This document shows, in pieces, positions 44,941 through 54,949 of a stretch of DNA of 56,768 nucleotides. Below the pieces are notes generated by a model. It was given only the letters and a program-made list of their open reading frames with translations. It made no database searches and had not been told where the DNA came from. Source of the stretch: Bifidobacterium breve. GTDB lineage: Bacteria > Actinomycetota > Actinomycetes > S36-B12. Position numbers and translations under genes: made by a program. Positions within the stretch are counted from its first letter, which is position 1, and every line of letters begins with the position of its first letter. Where the stretch lies: contig CAMCSO010000001.1 of assembly GCA_945877545.1 (NCBI GenBank), forward strand, positions 1 to 56,768, read 5' to 3'.

Positions 44941-46428
44941 CTACCGGATGGTCAGGCCGAGATCTTGCTCCGCCACCGGAACTGTGACCTTGTCGCGCAG
45001 TGGCAGCCACGGGTAACCGGTCACGAGGTCGCCATACTCGGAGACTTCACGGACTCGGTGGGCGACGAGCACCGGACCGGACCCCTTTGTCGGCGTGACG
45101 ATGGCGGTGAACCACTCGATGCCAGCCGGGGGCTCCACTGCCAGCCACTGGACGTAGCCGGCTGCGATCTTCAGCCGCCGGGGTTTCGTCGGAGTCGAGA
45201 CCTTTTCGCCCGCGCGATACGGGAGAAGGGTGACATCGACCACCGCGTCCTGCGTGGGTGCCGTGATCATCAAATTGACGGTTGTGGCCGCGCGTACCGG
45301 CAGGCCGCTCACCGCGCTCGTGTCAGCGTAGGGCTGCGTTCCGGCACTGTAGGTCGTGTCAAGCTGAGCCTTCTTTCCACCAATGAACTGCCGAACTCCG
45401 GCCACAATTGGTGTATCTGATATGAGTTCGAGGGTCACCGGTTGCTGCTCGGTGACGGATGACATGTCGATGCTCGCGACAGTGCCCGCGGCCACGCGGA
45501 TTGAGTCGCGGTCGGCTGGCGCAAATGCTCCTGCCGCAGAAAGGATGCGCACCTTGACATTCGCATCATCCTCGCCCGGAGCCACGACTGAGAGAACCCG
45601 AGGACCATTGCCGGGGAGGACTCCCGGCACGTACACCGTCGTTGCCGGCATGGCTGCAGAGGGGATCCAGTCTGTGCCGATCGACTGCAGGCCCGACATC
45701 TGATCGTCGTCAACTGTGGCGCCGATGCGTCCAGTTCTCACGACGACGTGCACAGCGGTCGCCTTGGTTCCCGGCACTAGAGCATCAAGCCGCACGACGA
45801 GGCGGCGCTCGCCCTTCACGACGAGCCCTCGCCCTGCTGGCGCCTCGATAATGCCGTCGGGCCCGTGAATGATGATGTCGACGACCGCCGAGTTCTCATC
45901 CGGGTTGACCAGAACCACGCGTGTCTGGCGTCCAGCAATGGCGCCTCCGCCCACGAACCAGAACTCCGTTGCAGCAGGGCCGCAAGCCGTGCTTGCCATG
46001 CCCCTGCCCTGCCCGCGCGGGTCACGGCTCCACTGGTCTGCGATGAGTCCGGGTGCGAGGGATCCGACGCCGCGCACCGAGATGGGCGGCAGGGTGCGAC
46101 CAAACGCTGCAATCTCTGCCTGTCCTGCCGGGCCCGCGATCTCGGCACTCTCGGACTTTTTACCGAGGAGCGTTTCAATCGCTGCACTTCCCGACGGCCC
46201 ATCTTGGCCAACCTGCCCGGGGACGACTGCTGCCGTCACCCGCACCCCGAGCTCGGCTCCCGCGCCCGGCTCAGGACAGAGCAACACTGTCGAGCCGATC
46301 GGAACCACACTCTCCCCCTCGACCAGCTGCGCCGGAATCTCGCGCTTCGCCAAGAGTCCACCTCCGACGATCGCAGCCGTCACGACTCCGACGAGCAACA
46401 TTCCCCTGAGGGACACCGCAGACTTCAC
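44941..46428 (-). CDS. DUF5719-like secreted/membrane-anchored protein
   Basis: 495 aa. N-terminal TM (MLLVGVVTAAIVGGGLL), then a long beta-rich region. GTGA overlap with the giant GT2 gene. Family name is from memory of this conserved gene pair. Confidence 0.65.
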   Translation of the reverse strand: MKSAVSLRGMLLVGVVTAAIVGGGLLAKREIPAQLVEGESVVPIGSTVLLCPEPGAGAELGVRVTAAVVPGQVGQDGPSGSAAIETLLGKKSESAEIAGPAGQAEIAAFGRTLPPISVRGVGSLAPGLIADQWSRDPRGQGRGMASTACGPAATEFWFVGGGAIAGRQTRVVLVNPDENSAVVDIIIHGPDGIIEAPAGRGLVVKGERRLVVRLDALVPGTKATAVHVVVRTGRIGATVDDDQMSGLQSIGTDWIPSAAMPATTVYVPGVLPGNGPRVLSVVAPGEDDANVKVRILSAAGAFAPADRDSIRVAAGTVASIDMSSVTEQQPVTLELISDTPIVAGVRQFIGGKKAQLDTTYSAGTQPYADTSAVSGLPVRAATTVNLMITAPTQDAVVDVTLLPYRAGEKVSTPTKPRRLKIAAGYVQWLAVEPPAGIEWFTAIVTPTKGSGPVLVAHRVREVSEYGDLVTGYPWLPLRDKVTVPVAEQDLGLTIR

Positions 46429-49400
46429 GTCGCCTCCTCCCCCTGGGGCGCCACCGGGGGCCCGGCGGATGACTCCGGATCAACAGCCACCTCCGGATCA
46501 ACAGGCACCTCCGGATCAGCAGGCACGTCCGGATCAAGAGATACCTCCGGATCAAGTGCCTCATCCTGCTCAGGCTGACTCGCCTCATCACCTCCGGGTG
46601 GACCCGTGACGATGAAGGCGGAACTCAATGCCCCGGCGCCCGACACCTTCATAGTTGCCATATTGCCAGCCGAGATGCTCCCGCTGCCGACGGCATCCTC
46701 GGTATCGAAATCAGTTCGCTTCCGCGCGGGCAGGGCCAAGACGATGAGGATGATGAGAATCACGAGCTGGATCCACAACCACCTCGACCTGTTCGAATGG
46801 TCAAATTCGACCATCACCGCAGGGCTCCCCTCCGGTGCAAGGAACGCCTGCGACCATCCCGACGCACCCTCAACCGTGACAGCCGGCAAGCCCGTGACCA
46901 CCTGCGTTGCGGGATCGGTCCACACGGCGCGCCAGCCTGTGTCCGGACTCGCTCCGACGACGAGTGCTCGTGGCCCCGAGCCATCAGGTAGCGGTAGGTC
47001 GATGTATGGCGACCGGGTGAGGTCCGCGCCATCAACTACCCCGATCGACAACTGTTCCTCCCCAGCGATGATCCGAGCACGTGAGGTCGTACCCGAGATG
47101 CGCCAGAGCACCTCACCGTCGGCGCTCGACAGGCGGCGAAGGCCCGGCTCGCCGTCAAGGACGGGGATGAGGTCTGCCGAGGTGCCGGCGGCCAAAAGCA
47201 CATGTCGAACGCCGTAGGCCGAGAGTCCAACCACCTCATCCCCGCCACGACCCGAGGTGAGGTCAGCCACGAGGGCATCAATGGGGACCCACACCGCCGC
47301 TGGGGGTGCAACGTCGGCGTCGCCGAGCCTGGGACCCGCACCGTCAATGAGGCTGTATCGCACCCGACCGGCCGAATCCTGGCGGACCACCAAGGTTCGA
47401 GGAGCCTGGGGGCTCACGGCATCAGCGGCCACGAAAGCAGGCACGGCATTTATCGGCGCCTTGCGCAATTCACCGGTTGCAACCGGCGCCCACAGCACGG
47501 CGGATGCTGCCGGCGCGGCGATTGCGAGAACCGCAACGAAGAAGCCAACCGGCTGCATGAGATTGAAATCGGCTCGTGTCACCCGGGCGCGCAGCCCATC
47601 GGCTGCGTACGCCGCCGCGCCAATCATTGACAGACCGAGGAGAAGTGTCGCTGGACCCGGCCATGGACGCAGCGCGACGGACGAGTCAGGCGGGGTCACG
47701 AGGACGACCGTCTGGAGGACACCAAGAACGAGCGCGAGAAGTCCGGTGACCCATGCCACGCAGACGGCGCCGATTCGGTCACGCCGCATGAATGCCAGGA
47801 GTCCGGCGAGTAGCAGCCCAGCGCTGAGCAGGACTGGCGTCATGCCAGGGCCACCAGGGTGAAGCAGCAGAACGTCAACTGCGGAGACCTCGCTGTCCGA
47901 GAGACCGCGCGAGGTCACGCCGGGCTCGAACAGGAACAGGCTGGGGTGAAGGAAAAGTTCGGCAGACCACGGCCAAAGCAGCAGAATCGGTGCCAGCACG
48001 GCAAGCCAGACTCGGCGAATCATCCACGATGCGGCGCGGCCGTACCTGACGAGGCCGAAAGCTGTAGCGCTGATCGCGAGGATCAGGGCGATCACCCACA
48101 TTGCCGGGACGCAGGCTGTCAGCGCGGCGAGCAGGATCGCGGTGCCCGCGGCGCGGCGGAAGGTGCCCTGTGGCAGCGAGATGCGTACACAGGAGCGCAC
48201 GACGAACGGCAGAAGGATTGCCGCCATCGTGGTGCCGATTCGACCGGACGATATGGCCCCGGTCATGGCCGGGAGCAGTGCGTAAGCGACGCCGGCCCAT
48301 ACCCGAATCGCCGTGCTCGCAACGACACCACGCAGGGTGAAGTAGACGGCCCAGCCAGCAATCGGAATGGCGAGCAGGAGGAGGACATTGACGGCAAGCC
48401 AAGCCTTGCCGAGGAGGAGAACGGCAAGTGGATAGATGACCATGAGGTACGGGGCGGACGGGACAGTGGAGCCCGGTCCGACGTCGTGCCATGCCTGTGC
48501 GTAGCGATCCCACAGGTCAGTCGCACCTCCAGGACTCGGGAGAAGTGCGCCACCCTGCAGGCTCCCGTCGCCCCACCACACGCCCCAGAGCGCGACGAAC
48601 GCAAAGATGCCAAGCATTGCGACGATCACCGTTGACGGGCGCAGGAGCATGCGCCTGATCCACCGGGCACTCTGATCGGAGAGATAGGCCGCGTCGTCGT
48701 CAATGGGCCCAGAGTCGAGCGCGGCACTCTGGGGGCCGGTCGAGGCACCCGAGGTCGTGATGATGCCCGCGACAGCCTCGATGCCTTGACGCAATTGCCA
48801 GGCCAGTTGTGGTCGCAGGTTCCGGACGATTGATGCCGGCTCGGTTGCGGTGGCCTTCACCAGCCGGCGGGATCGATACAAACTCCACGGATGGATTGCA
48901 ACGATCAAGACGGCAATGATCTCATCTCGGGCTGCACGCAGATCCTTGCCGAGGAGATAGGCGACCGACCGCAGTGCACTGCCGAAAAGGAGCCGTAGCG
49001 CCACGAATGGAGCCGCGAAGAATGCGCAGTGCGCTAGGAGCACGTGCACGGAAGCCGCGCGCTCTGCTCGGTGCGGACGTGCGGCTATGTCGGTGGAACG
49101 CGAGCCGTTGGTCGCGGCCTCGCGATGATGCACGACCGCGTCGGTCGCGATGAGCACTCTCGCCCCGGCACGTTGCGCGCGCCAGCAGAAGTCGAGATCA
49201 TCGCGGAAGAGTTTCAGCTGGGGGTCGAACCCGCCGAGGAGGTCCCAGATCTCCCTTCGGACGAGCATGCCCGCAGAGTTGACCGAGAGGACATCGCGAA
49301 CTCCGTCGTGCTGACCCTGATCGTGTTCGCCGCGTTCGAGTCCGGTCAACCGGCGGCCTGAGTTGGAGATGCTCACACCAGCCTCGAGGAGGAGCCTTCG

Positions 49401-50021
49401 GTCATGCCAGCCGAGGATCTTCGGACCGAGCACGGAGGCGCTCGGGTGGTCATCGGCTGTCTTGAGTAGGGCAGCTAGGCAGGTGGGGTCTGGGGCACTG
49501 TCGTCATGGAGCAGCCAGACCCACTGGGTGAACTGGCCCGCAGATTCGTCGCTGTCGGGTGCCGCAATGCGGCCGACGCTCTCAAGACCCCTGCGGACTG
49601 CCCGGCCAAAGCCCTGTTTCGCGGGGACGGCGACCACTCGTTCAACGCCGAAGGACGCCCTAAGGAGCGTGGCGCTGTGGTCCGATGAGTCAGTGTCGAC
49701 CGCAACGGCAGCGTCTGGGGGGCGCGACTGATTGGCGAGACCGGTGAGGACTGAAGGGAGCCACGCTGCGCCATCGTGTGTGACAAGGACAACGGTGACG
49801 TGGTGTTGGCGACGCGGGAGTGCCTCGACCGCATCACCACCCTCTGCGGGCAAGGCGAACCACTCGGTCGGCCGCTCATCGACATTAGTTTCGCCAGAAT
49901 CAGCGAGCGCATCAAGGTCGCCGCTCGCCGCTCGGAATGCGGCCTTGTCCTCAGCCGTGAACAAAAGCGCTGAAGTTGATTCCAGCCATTCGTCGTGTTC
50001 TTCATTCTTTCTGTCGGGCAC
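46425..50021 (-). CDS. Giant family-2 glycosyltransferase fused to a large polytopic membrane domain
   Basis: 1198 aa. GT2 fold at the N-terminus (VTVVLVTHDGAAWL...VWLLHDDSAP...), more than 10 TM helices, an extracytoplasmic C-terminal region and an acidic repeat tail. Confidence 0.82.
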   Translation of the reverse strand: MPDRKNEEHDEWLESTSALLFTAEDKAAFRAASGDLDALADSGETNVDERPTEWFALPAEGGDAVEALPRRQHHVTVVLVTHDGAAWLPSVLTGLANQSRPPDAAVAVDTDSSDHSATLLRASFGVERVVAVPAKQGFGRAVRRGLESVGRIAAPDSDESAGQFTQWVWLLHDDSAPDPTCLAALLKTADDHPSASVLGPKILGWHDRRLLLEAGVSISNSGRRLTGLERGEHDQGQHDGVRDVLSVNSAGMLVRREIWDLLGGFDPQLKLFRDDLDFCWRAQRAGARVLIATDAVVHHREAATNGSRSTDIAARPHRAERAASVHVLLAHCAFFAAPFVALRLLFGSALRSVAYLLGKDLRAARDEIIAVLIVAIHPWSLYRSRRLVKATATEPASIVRNLRPQLAWQLRQGIEAVAGIITTSGASTGPQSAALDSGPIDDDAAYLSDQSARWIRRMLLRPSTVIVAMLGIFAFVALWGVWWGDGSLQGGALLPSPGGATDLWDRYAQAWHDVGPGSTVPSAPYLMVIYPLAVLLLGKAWLAVNVLLLLAIPIAGWAVYFTLRGVVASTAIRVWAGVAYALLPAMTGAISSGRIGTTMAAILLPFVVRSCVRISLPQGTFRRAAGTAILLAALTACVPAMWVIALILAISATAFGLVRYGRAASWMIRRVWLAVLAPILLLWPWSAELFLHPSLFLFEPGVTSRGLSDSEVSAVDVLLLHPGGPGMTPVLLSAGLLLAGLLAFMRRDRIGAVCVAWVTGLLALVLGVLQTVVLVTPPDSSVALRPWPGPATLLLGLSMIGAAAYAADGLRARVTRADFNLMQPVGFFVAVLAIAAPAASAVLWAPVATGELRKAPINAVPAFVAADAVSPQAPRTLVVRQDSAGRVRYSLIDGAGPRLGDADVAPPAAVWVPIDALVADLTSGRGGDEVVGLSAYGVRHVLLAAGTSADLIPVLDGEPGLRRLSSADGEVLWRISGTTSRARIIAGEEQLSIGVVDGADLTRSPYIDLPLPDGSGPRALVVGASPDTGWRAVWTDPATQVVTGLPAVTVEGASGWSQAFLAPEGSPAVMVEFDHSNRSRWLWIQLVILIILIVLALPARKRTDFDTEDAVGSGSISAGNMATMKVSGAGALSSAFIVTGPPGGDEASQPEQDEALDPEVSLDPDVPADPEVPVDPEVAVDPESSAGPPVAPQGEEAT
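46471..46560. repeat. In-frame 18-bp tandem repeat x5 inside the GT2 3' end
   Basis: gactccggatcaacagcc / acctccggatcaacaggc / acctccggatcagcaggc / acgtccggatcaagagat / acctccggatcaagtgcc. Encodes LDPEVS LDPDVP ADPEVP VDPEVA VDPESS on the minus strand. Confidence 0.88.
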
Positions 50022-50061
50022 CGGCCTACTGTACGGTGCTCCGCTGAACAGTGTGATCCAA

Positions 50062-50364
50062 CTAGACGGCTTGCTTCTTCAGACGGCGGCGCTCACGCTC
50101 AGATAGGCCGCCCCAGATGCCAAATCGTTCATCCTGCTCCATCGCGTATTCGAGGCACTCCACCCGAACTTCACAGGACTGGCACACGCGCTTCGCGTCG
50201 CGGGTGCTGCCGCCCTTCTCCGGGAAGAACGCCTCGGGATCAGTCTGCGCGCACAGGGCACGCTCCTGCCATGATGTCGGTAAGACGTCGAACATTGGAA
50301 GCAGCACATTATCCGCCTCCTGGCTTTCAGCCACGAGTTCCTCCTCGACCCTGGGACGCACCAC
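50062..50364 (-). CDS. whiB2: WhiB-family Fe-S transcription factor (WhiB2/WhmD-like)
   Basis: WQERALCAQTDPEAFFPEKGGSTRDAKRVCQSCEVRVECLEYAMEQDERFGIWGGLSERERRRLKK is near-identical in pattern to WhiB2. Start uncertain (GTG 50364 or an internal ATG). Confidence 0.9.
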   Translation of the reverse strand: MVRPRVEEELVAESQEADNVLLPMFDVLPTSWQERALCAQTDPEAFFPEKGGSTRDAKRVCQSCEVRVECLEYAMEQDERFGIWGGLSERERRRLKKQAV

Positions 50365-50372
50365 TGTTGCCC

Positions 50373-50388
50373 CTGTAACGTATTACAG
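50373..50388. promoter_or_regulatory. Palindrome CTGTAA-N4-TTACAG just upstream of the whiB2-like ORF
   Basis: Read directly. Adjacent second palindrome GACGTG-N9-CACGTC at 50388-50408. Function unknown. Confidence 0.3.
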
Positions 50389-50556
50389 ACGTGTCATTCC
50401 ATCACGTCAAGCCAGATTCCAACAAATCGGGGATATTTCGAAAAAAATCACGAAATTTTCCCGATTTCACGTTCCTAGAGGTAGTTCCGCCGGTTCGGCC
50501 CGAGCAATCTGTACTCGACCAAACGTCACTCGACGCGCGATGAAAGGATGGCGTCC

Positions 50557-51549
50557 ATGAGAATCACCGCACTTGCCGGCGGCATCGGTGGTGCGCGATT
50601 CTTACGAGGCGTACTTGCAGCCGCGCCAGACGCCGAGGTCACCGTCATAGGGAATACCGGTGACGACATTTGGGTCCACGGACTACGGGTCTGCCCAGAT
50701 CTGGATACTGTCATGTACACCCTCGGCGGTGGCATCAGCGCCGAGCGCGGCTGGGGTCGCGAGGGCGAGACGTTTACGGTGAAGGACGAGCTAGCCGACT
50801 ACGGCGTCGAGCCCACCTGGTTCGGGCTTGGCGACAAGGACATCGCAACCCACCTCGTTCGCACCCAGTCCATGCAGGCCGGGTTCACGCTGACCGACAT
50901 TACGGCCGCGCTGTGCGCACGCTGGCAGCCCGGCGTTCGGTTGATCCCCATGACAGATGACCGAGCCGAGACCAACGTCATCGTCGACGACCCTGACGGC
51001 GCAACCGATACCGCCGGACGCCCAATGCAGATCGCCATCCACTTCCAGGAATGGTGGATCAAGTACCGAGCACACATTCCGGCACACGGCTTCGTCCTCG
51101 TCGGGGTCGAAAAGGCTCGTCCTGCTCCCGGGGTTATCGAGGCCATCGAGCAGGCCGACGTCGTGCTGCTCCCGCCGAGCAATCCTGTCGTGTCGATCGG
51201 AACAATCCTGCAGGTTCCCGGCATTGCCGATGCCCTGCGATCTACGAACGCCCCGGTGATAGGCGTGTCCCCAATTGTGGGCGGGGCGCCGGTTCGAGGG
51301 ATGGCCGACGCCTGTCTGAAGGCCATTGGACTCGAAACGACGGCCCTCGCGGTCGCGGGGCACTACGGCGCGCGGTCTCACAGCGGCGGCCTCATCGACG
51401 GCTGGCTCATCGATACCACCGATGCAGCGAGTGTGACGGCCATTGAATCCCTCGGGATCCGCTGCCGGGCCGTGCCACTCATGATGACCGATCTCAACGC
51501 AACACGGGCGATGGCGGTCCACGCCCTGTCCCTCGCCGATCTCACGTGA
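50557..51549 (+). CDS. cofD: 2-phospho-L-lactate transferase (F420 biosynthesis)
   Basis: [18 protein letters not shown] is the typical CofD/FbiA N-terminus. ATG 50557 has GAAAGGA about 9 nt upstream. The ORF track start at 50548 is possible. Confidence 0.9.
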   Translation: MRITALAGGIGGARFLRGVLAAAPDAEVTVIGNTGDDIWVHGLRVCPDLDTVMYTLGGGISAERGWGREGETFTVKDELADYGVEPTWFGLGDKDIATHLVRTQSMQAGFTLTDITAALCARWQPGVRLIPMTDDRAETNVIVDDPDGATDTAGRPMQIAIHFQEWWIKYRAHIPAHGFVLVGVEKARPAPGVIEAIEQADVVLLPPSNPVVSIGTILQVPGIADALRSTNAPVIGVSPIVGGAPVRGMADACLKAIGLETTALAVAGHYGARSHSGGLIDGWLIDTTDAASVTAIESLGIRCRAVPLMMTDLNATRAMAVHALSLADLT

Positions 51550-52913
51550 TGGGCGAGTCGGCGCTTCAGGTTGTCTGCATTCCCGGCATACCCGTGATCA
51601 AGGAAGACGACGACCTCGCACACCTCATCGTCGATGGCGCGGCGAGGGTCACCTGGCCCGATGGCAGCACCGGTGTCGCTGATGGCGACATCTTCGTCGT
51701 GACGAGCAAAATCGTGTCGAAGGCCGAGGGGCGCGTCGTCGCCGCTACCTCCCGCGACGAACTCATCGACTCGGAGTCAGTGCGCACCTTGGCCACCAAG
51801 GTGACGGAGAAGAACACGACCAGGATCGTGGAGACTGCCCATGGCCTCGTCATGGCAGCGGCCGGTATCGACGCGAGCAATGTCGACGCCGGCTTCGTCG
51901 TACTTCTCCCCCTTGACCCCGATGTGACAGCTTCCGGGCTTCGCGCGGCAATTGAGCTTCGACTCGGCGTTCGCGTCGCGGTCATCATCACCGACACGAT
52001 GGGGCGAGCTTGGCGAAACGGTCTCACGGATAACGCGATCGGCGCAGCCGGGCTTGAAGCACTCGATGACCACACCGGCCGGCAGGATGCCCACGGCCGC
52101 ACCCTTGAGATGACGATCGTCGCCACGGCCGACGAGATCGCAAGTGCCGCTGACCTCATGAAGGGTAAGTCCAGGAGCATGCCCGTTGCGATTGTTCGCG
52201 GCTTGTCTCATGTCGTGACTGACGCAGACGGCCCCGGCGCTCGGTCGCTTGTGCGCCCGCGTGGCGAGGATCTCTTTTGGCTGGGGACGAACGAGGCAAT
52301 CGCGGAGGGACGTCGCAGCGCGCCCGAGCACCGGCGCACCGTTCGCGCCTTCACGGACGCGAAGGTCGACGAGGAGGTCATCACCGTCGCGCTCTCGGCT
52401 GCCTCGACCGCGCCCGCACCGCACCACTCCACGCCCTGGCGATTCATTGTCCTGCGCGATGAACCGGAGCGGGCCGCCCTCCTTGATGCCATGCGCGATC
52501 GCTGGGCACACGACCTTCGACAGATCTCCGGAATGGATGACGCCGCGGTGAAGCGCCGGCTGGCCCGCGGAGATGTCCTTCGTCGAGCGCCCGTCATCGT
52601 CCTGCCGTTCATTGACCTCTCGGCCGGCGCGCACGCCTATCCCGACCCACTTCGGACCGCAGCCGAGCGCGACCTGTTCCTGGTCTCCGGTGGCGCAGCC
52701 GTTCAGAACCTCATGATCAGCCTCTCAGCCAACGGACTGGGCACCGGGTGGATTTCATCGACGATGTTCTGTGCCGATGTCGTACGACAGGTCCTCTCGC
52801 TCCCCGACTCATGCGAGCCGCTCGGCGCAGTAGCCGTCGGCTGGCCCGCACAATCACCGATTCCCCGCGAACCGGTCGACCTCAGGGTCTTACGTCTCGT
52901 GCCCGGGAGGTAA
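51546..52913 (+). CDS. fbiB: Bifunctional F420 biosynthesis protein FbiB (CofE ligase domain + nitroreductase-like domain)
   Basis: 455 aa. The N-terminal CofE pattern ([13 protein letters not shown]...GIDASN...ITDT.GRAWR) and the C-terminal nitroreductase-fold domain match the mycobacterial FbiB architecture. GTGA overlap with cofD. Confidence 0.88.
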   Translation: MMGESALQVVCIPGIPVIKEDDDLAHLIVDGAARVTWPDGSTGVADGDIFVVTSKIVSKAEGRVVAATSRDELIDSESVRTLATKVTEKNTTRIVETAHGLVMAAAGIDASNVDAGFVVLLPLDPDVTASGLRAAIELRLGVRVAVIITDTMGRAWRNGLTDNAIGAAGLEALDDHTGRQDAHGRTLEMTIVATADEIASAADLMKGKSRSMPVAIVRGLSHVVTDADGPGARSLVRPRGEDLFWLGTNEAIAEGRRSAPEHRRTVRAFTDAKVDEEVITVALSAASTAPAPHHSTPWRFIVLRDEPERAALLDAMRDRWAHDLRQISGMDDAAVKRRLARGDVLRRAPVIVLPFIDLSAGAHAYPDPLRTAAERDLFLVSGGAAVQNLMISLSANGLGTGWISSTMFCADVVRQVLSLPDSCEPLGAVAVGWPAQSPIPREPVDLRVLRLVPGR

Positions 52914-53345
52914 CGGGGGGCCCGGCGGCTCGCGGCGCCTCAGGTCTTCGACGTAGGCCTTCCAGGCGTCTAGTCCCGGGTCTTCTGGTTCAGGTTGCTT
53001 CTCTGGCACCGCTGGAGCAGCCGCATCAGCATCGTCATCCACTGCGGCACTCAGCCGAGCCACCCGCTCACGCCAGCGCCTAGCGAGGCCCTTCGCGACG
53101 CTGCCCTCAGTTCGATAGCGATGCCAAATCCAGATGGTAAACAGGCCGATGAGCGGCCACTCAAACATGTACGCCCACGCCCGCCAGACACCCTCAGAAG
53201 CCCGCCGAGCCTCAATAATCGTGAACACGGTGCACAGGGAGAGGACAAGGACGAGGGGGATGTGCAGTTGCCAAACATCCCGCCATCCACCGCGAACGCG
53301 TCGTGGCTCTGGCGCCTGGGGGCCTGCCGCGCTGTCGCCGCTCAT
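52890..53345 (-). CDS. Small membrane protein, two TM helices, acidic/Pro-rich tail (unknown family)
   Basis: ATG 53345 overlaps the upstream stop (ATGA). 151 aa. TM1 [20 protein letters not shown]2 [12 protein letters not shown]. Confidence 0.5.
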   Translation of the reverse strand: MSGDSAAGPQAPEPRRVRGGWRDVWQLHIPLVLVLSLCTVFTIIEARRASEGVWRAWAYMFEWPLIGLFTIWIWHRYRTEGSVAKGLARRWRERVARLSAAVDDDADAAAPAVPEKQPEPEDPGLDAWKAYVEDLRRREPPGPPLPPGHET

Positions 53346-54925
53346 GGCACCAACGTGCGTGATGCCGAAACCCCGGAACTGACGACGTTGGCTGCCTGCA
53401 GCGTCTTGACGAGGCGGGCGCCCAGCAGTACTTCGACAGCGACAACGGTGGCGATCGTGAGCCTGAACCCTGCAGCACCTGCGGACGCTTGGCCAAGACC
53501 GTTGATCCAGATCACCAGCGGCCATCCCACCATCACCACAAGGATCCCGGCAACGGCCTGCTTGGACACCAGACACTCCGCCCAGAGCAGGCCGGCGCCG
53601 ACGATGACCAACACGCCCCCAATGGTGCCCAACTCGGTGCCAAGCACCGCATTCAGGGCCTGCAGTCCGGCAATGTCTGCCACGGCAACGAGGAGGAGCA
53701 CCGCCGGCACCTCCGAGTGCCCGCGAAGCCACCCGAGTGCCTTACCCAGCCATCCAACGGCATTTCTCCCCGTCCGCTCGGAACTGGGCACGCCAGCATG
53801 TCGCAGCACGACCAGCAGGTGCGCGATGAGCATCGGCACGGCGATGGCGAGCAGTGCTAGGGCAATCGGTGAGTAGCGTCCAGATGCCACCCCGGCGGGG
53901 GCCGGCCCAACCCTCGCGAGCACGATCGACAGCGCTATCGCTACGCCCATGATGAGGAACTCCGAGGCCGCATAGCGCGTGAGCAGCCCAGGTGCCGCCA
54001 TGTTCCCCGCCAACACACGCTTTCCCAGCAACACACGCCGCTGGAGGTAGCCGAAGCCGACGAGCCAACCAAGGAGGGTGGCCTTGGCGATGATGAGCGA
54101 CCCGTAAAGGGTTCCGACGAACTCGCTCGGCAGTGTGAGGCGTAGGGAGGCGTTGAGTAGGCCAGTCTCCGCGATGAGGATCACACACCAAAGTGCCATC
54201 GTGCTGAATCGAGGGAGTAGGACCACTGACGTGTCCGGTTCCGCACGGATGAGGGCGATGATGACGACGAGTCCGCCGACCCACAGACTCACGGCCGCAA
54301 TGTGGAGCAGCAGGCTCACGGTTGCGGCCACGTGGGAGTCATGGAGGCCGGAATGGCCGACAAACGCCGGTGCCGCCGCCGCAGACACTGCAAGGAGGAC
54401 GCACGTCCATGACAGGAGTGCCCCGCGCCCGCGGTTGGCCCGCAGAGCGAACACAAGGCCCATGCAGACCATCAGGGCGAGGCATTGACCTAGGAAGACC
54501 CGTCCGACAATTTCGTTCACCAGCAGGGGCCAGAGGCTGTCGGGCGCTAAGGCCTCGAGCGGCGAAAGCGCCTCAACCTCGGAGCGGGTGAGGATGAGCC
54601 CGAGCACAACAAGCGCCAGCCAACAGCCCGCCCATCGAATCGCCCAGCCGAGCGCGCGCGTCGAACGCCCCGGTACGAGGAGCGCGCCAACCACCACAGC
54701 CCCAACGGTCAGTGCCGCGGCGATGTCTCGGGCGTATCGCGTGGCAGGAAGCAGCCAGAAGGTGATGTCCGGCGGACTCGGAAGTCCCGGGTAACTCACC
54801 GCGGAGGTCAGTCCACCGATCCACAGGGTGCCGATAAGTATCGGCAGGCCCCACCAGAGTCGGGATCCCCAAGGCGTACCGCCCGGCGCCCGCTGAACCG
54901 CCGTCATGCCAGGTCCCTCAATCAT
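53342..54925 (-). CDS. CopD-family polytopic membrane protein (copper resistance / oxidase-assembly-like)
   Basis: 527 aa, more than 10 TM helices. HDSHVAATVSLLLHIAAVSLWVGGL resembles the CopD His-rich helix. Sits downstream of oxidase subunits I and III. Confidence 0.62.
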   Translation of the reverse strand: MIEGPGMTAVQRAPGGTPWGSRLWWGLPILIGTLWIGGLTSAVSYPGLPSPPDITFWLLPATRYARDIAAALTVGAVVVGALLVPGRSTRALGWAIRWAGCWLALVVLGLILTRSEVEALSPLEALAPDSLWPLLVNEIVGRVFLGQCLALMVCMGLVFALRANRGRGALLSWTCVLLAVSAAAAPAFVGHSGLHDSHVAATVSLLLHIAAVSLWVGGLVVIIALIRAEPDTSVVLLPRFSTMALWCVILIAETGLLNASLRLTLPSEFVGTLYGSLIIAKATLLGWLVGFGYLQRRVLLGKRVLAGNMAAPGLLTRYAASEFLIMGVAIALSIVLARVGPAPAGVASGRYSPIALALLAIAVPMLIAHLLVVLRHAGVPSSERTGRNAVGWLGKALGWLRGHSEVPAVLLLVAVADIAGLQALNAVLGTELGTIGGVLVIVGAGLLWAECLVSKQAVAGILVVMVGWPLVIWINGLGQASAGAAGFRLTIATVVAVEVLLGARLVKTLQAANVVSSGVSASRTLVP

Positions 54926-54949
54926 TCAATGAATCGGTCAGCCAATCGT

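Noticed and set aside
53346-53732. Upstream extension of the 52890 minus-strand ORF (280-aa version), overlapping the CopD-family gene
   Set aside because: The extension is Arg/Gly/Cys-rich off-frame sequence inside the CopD gene. The ATG at 53345 forms a typical ATGA stop/start overlap.
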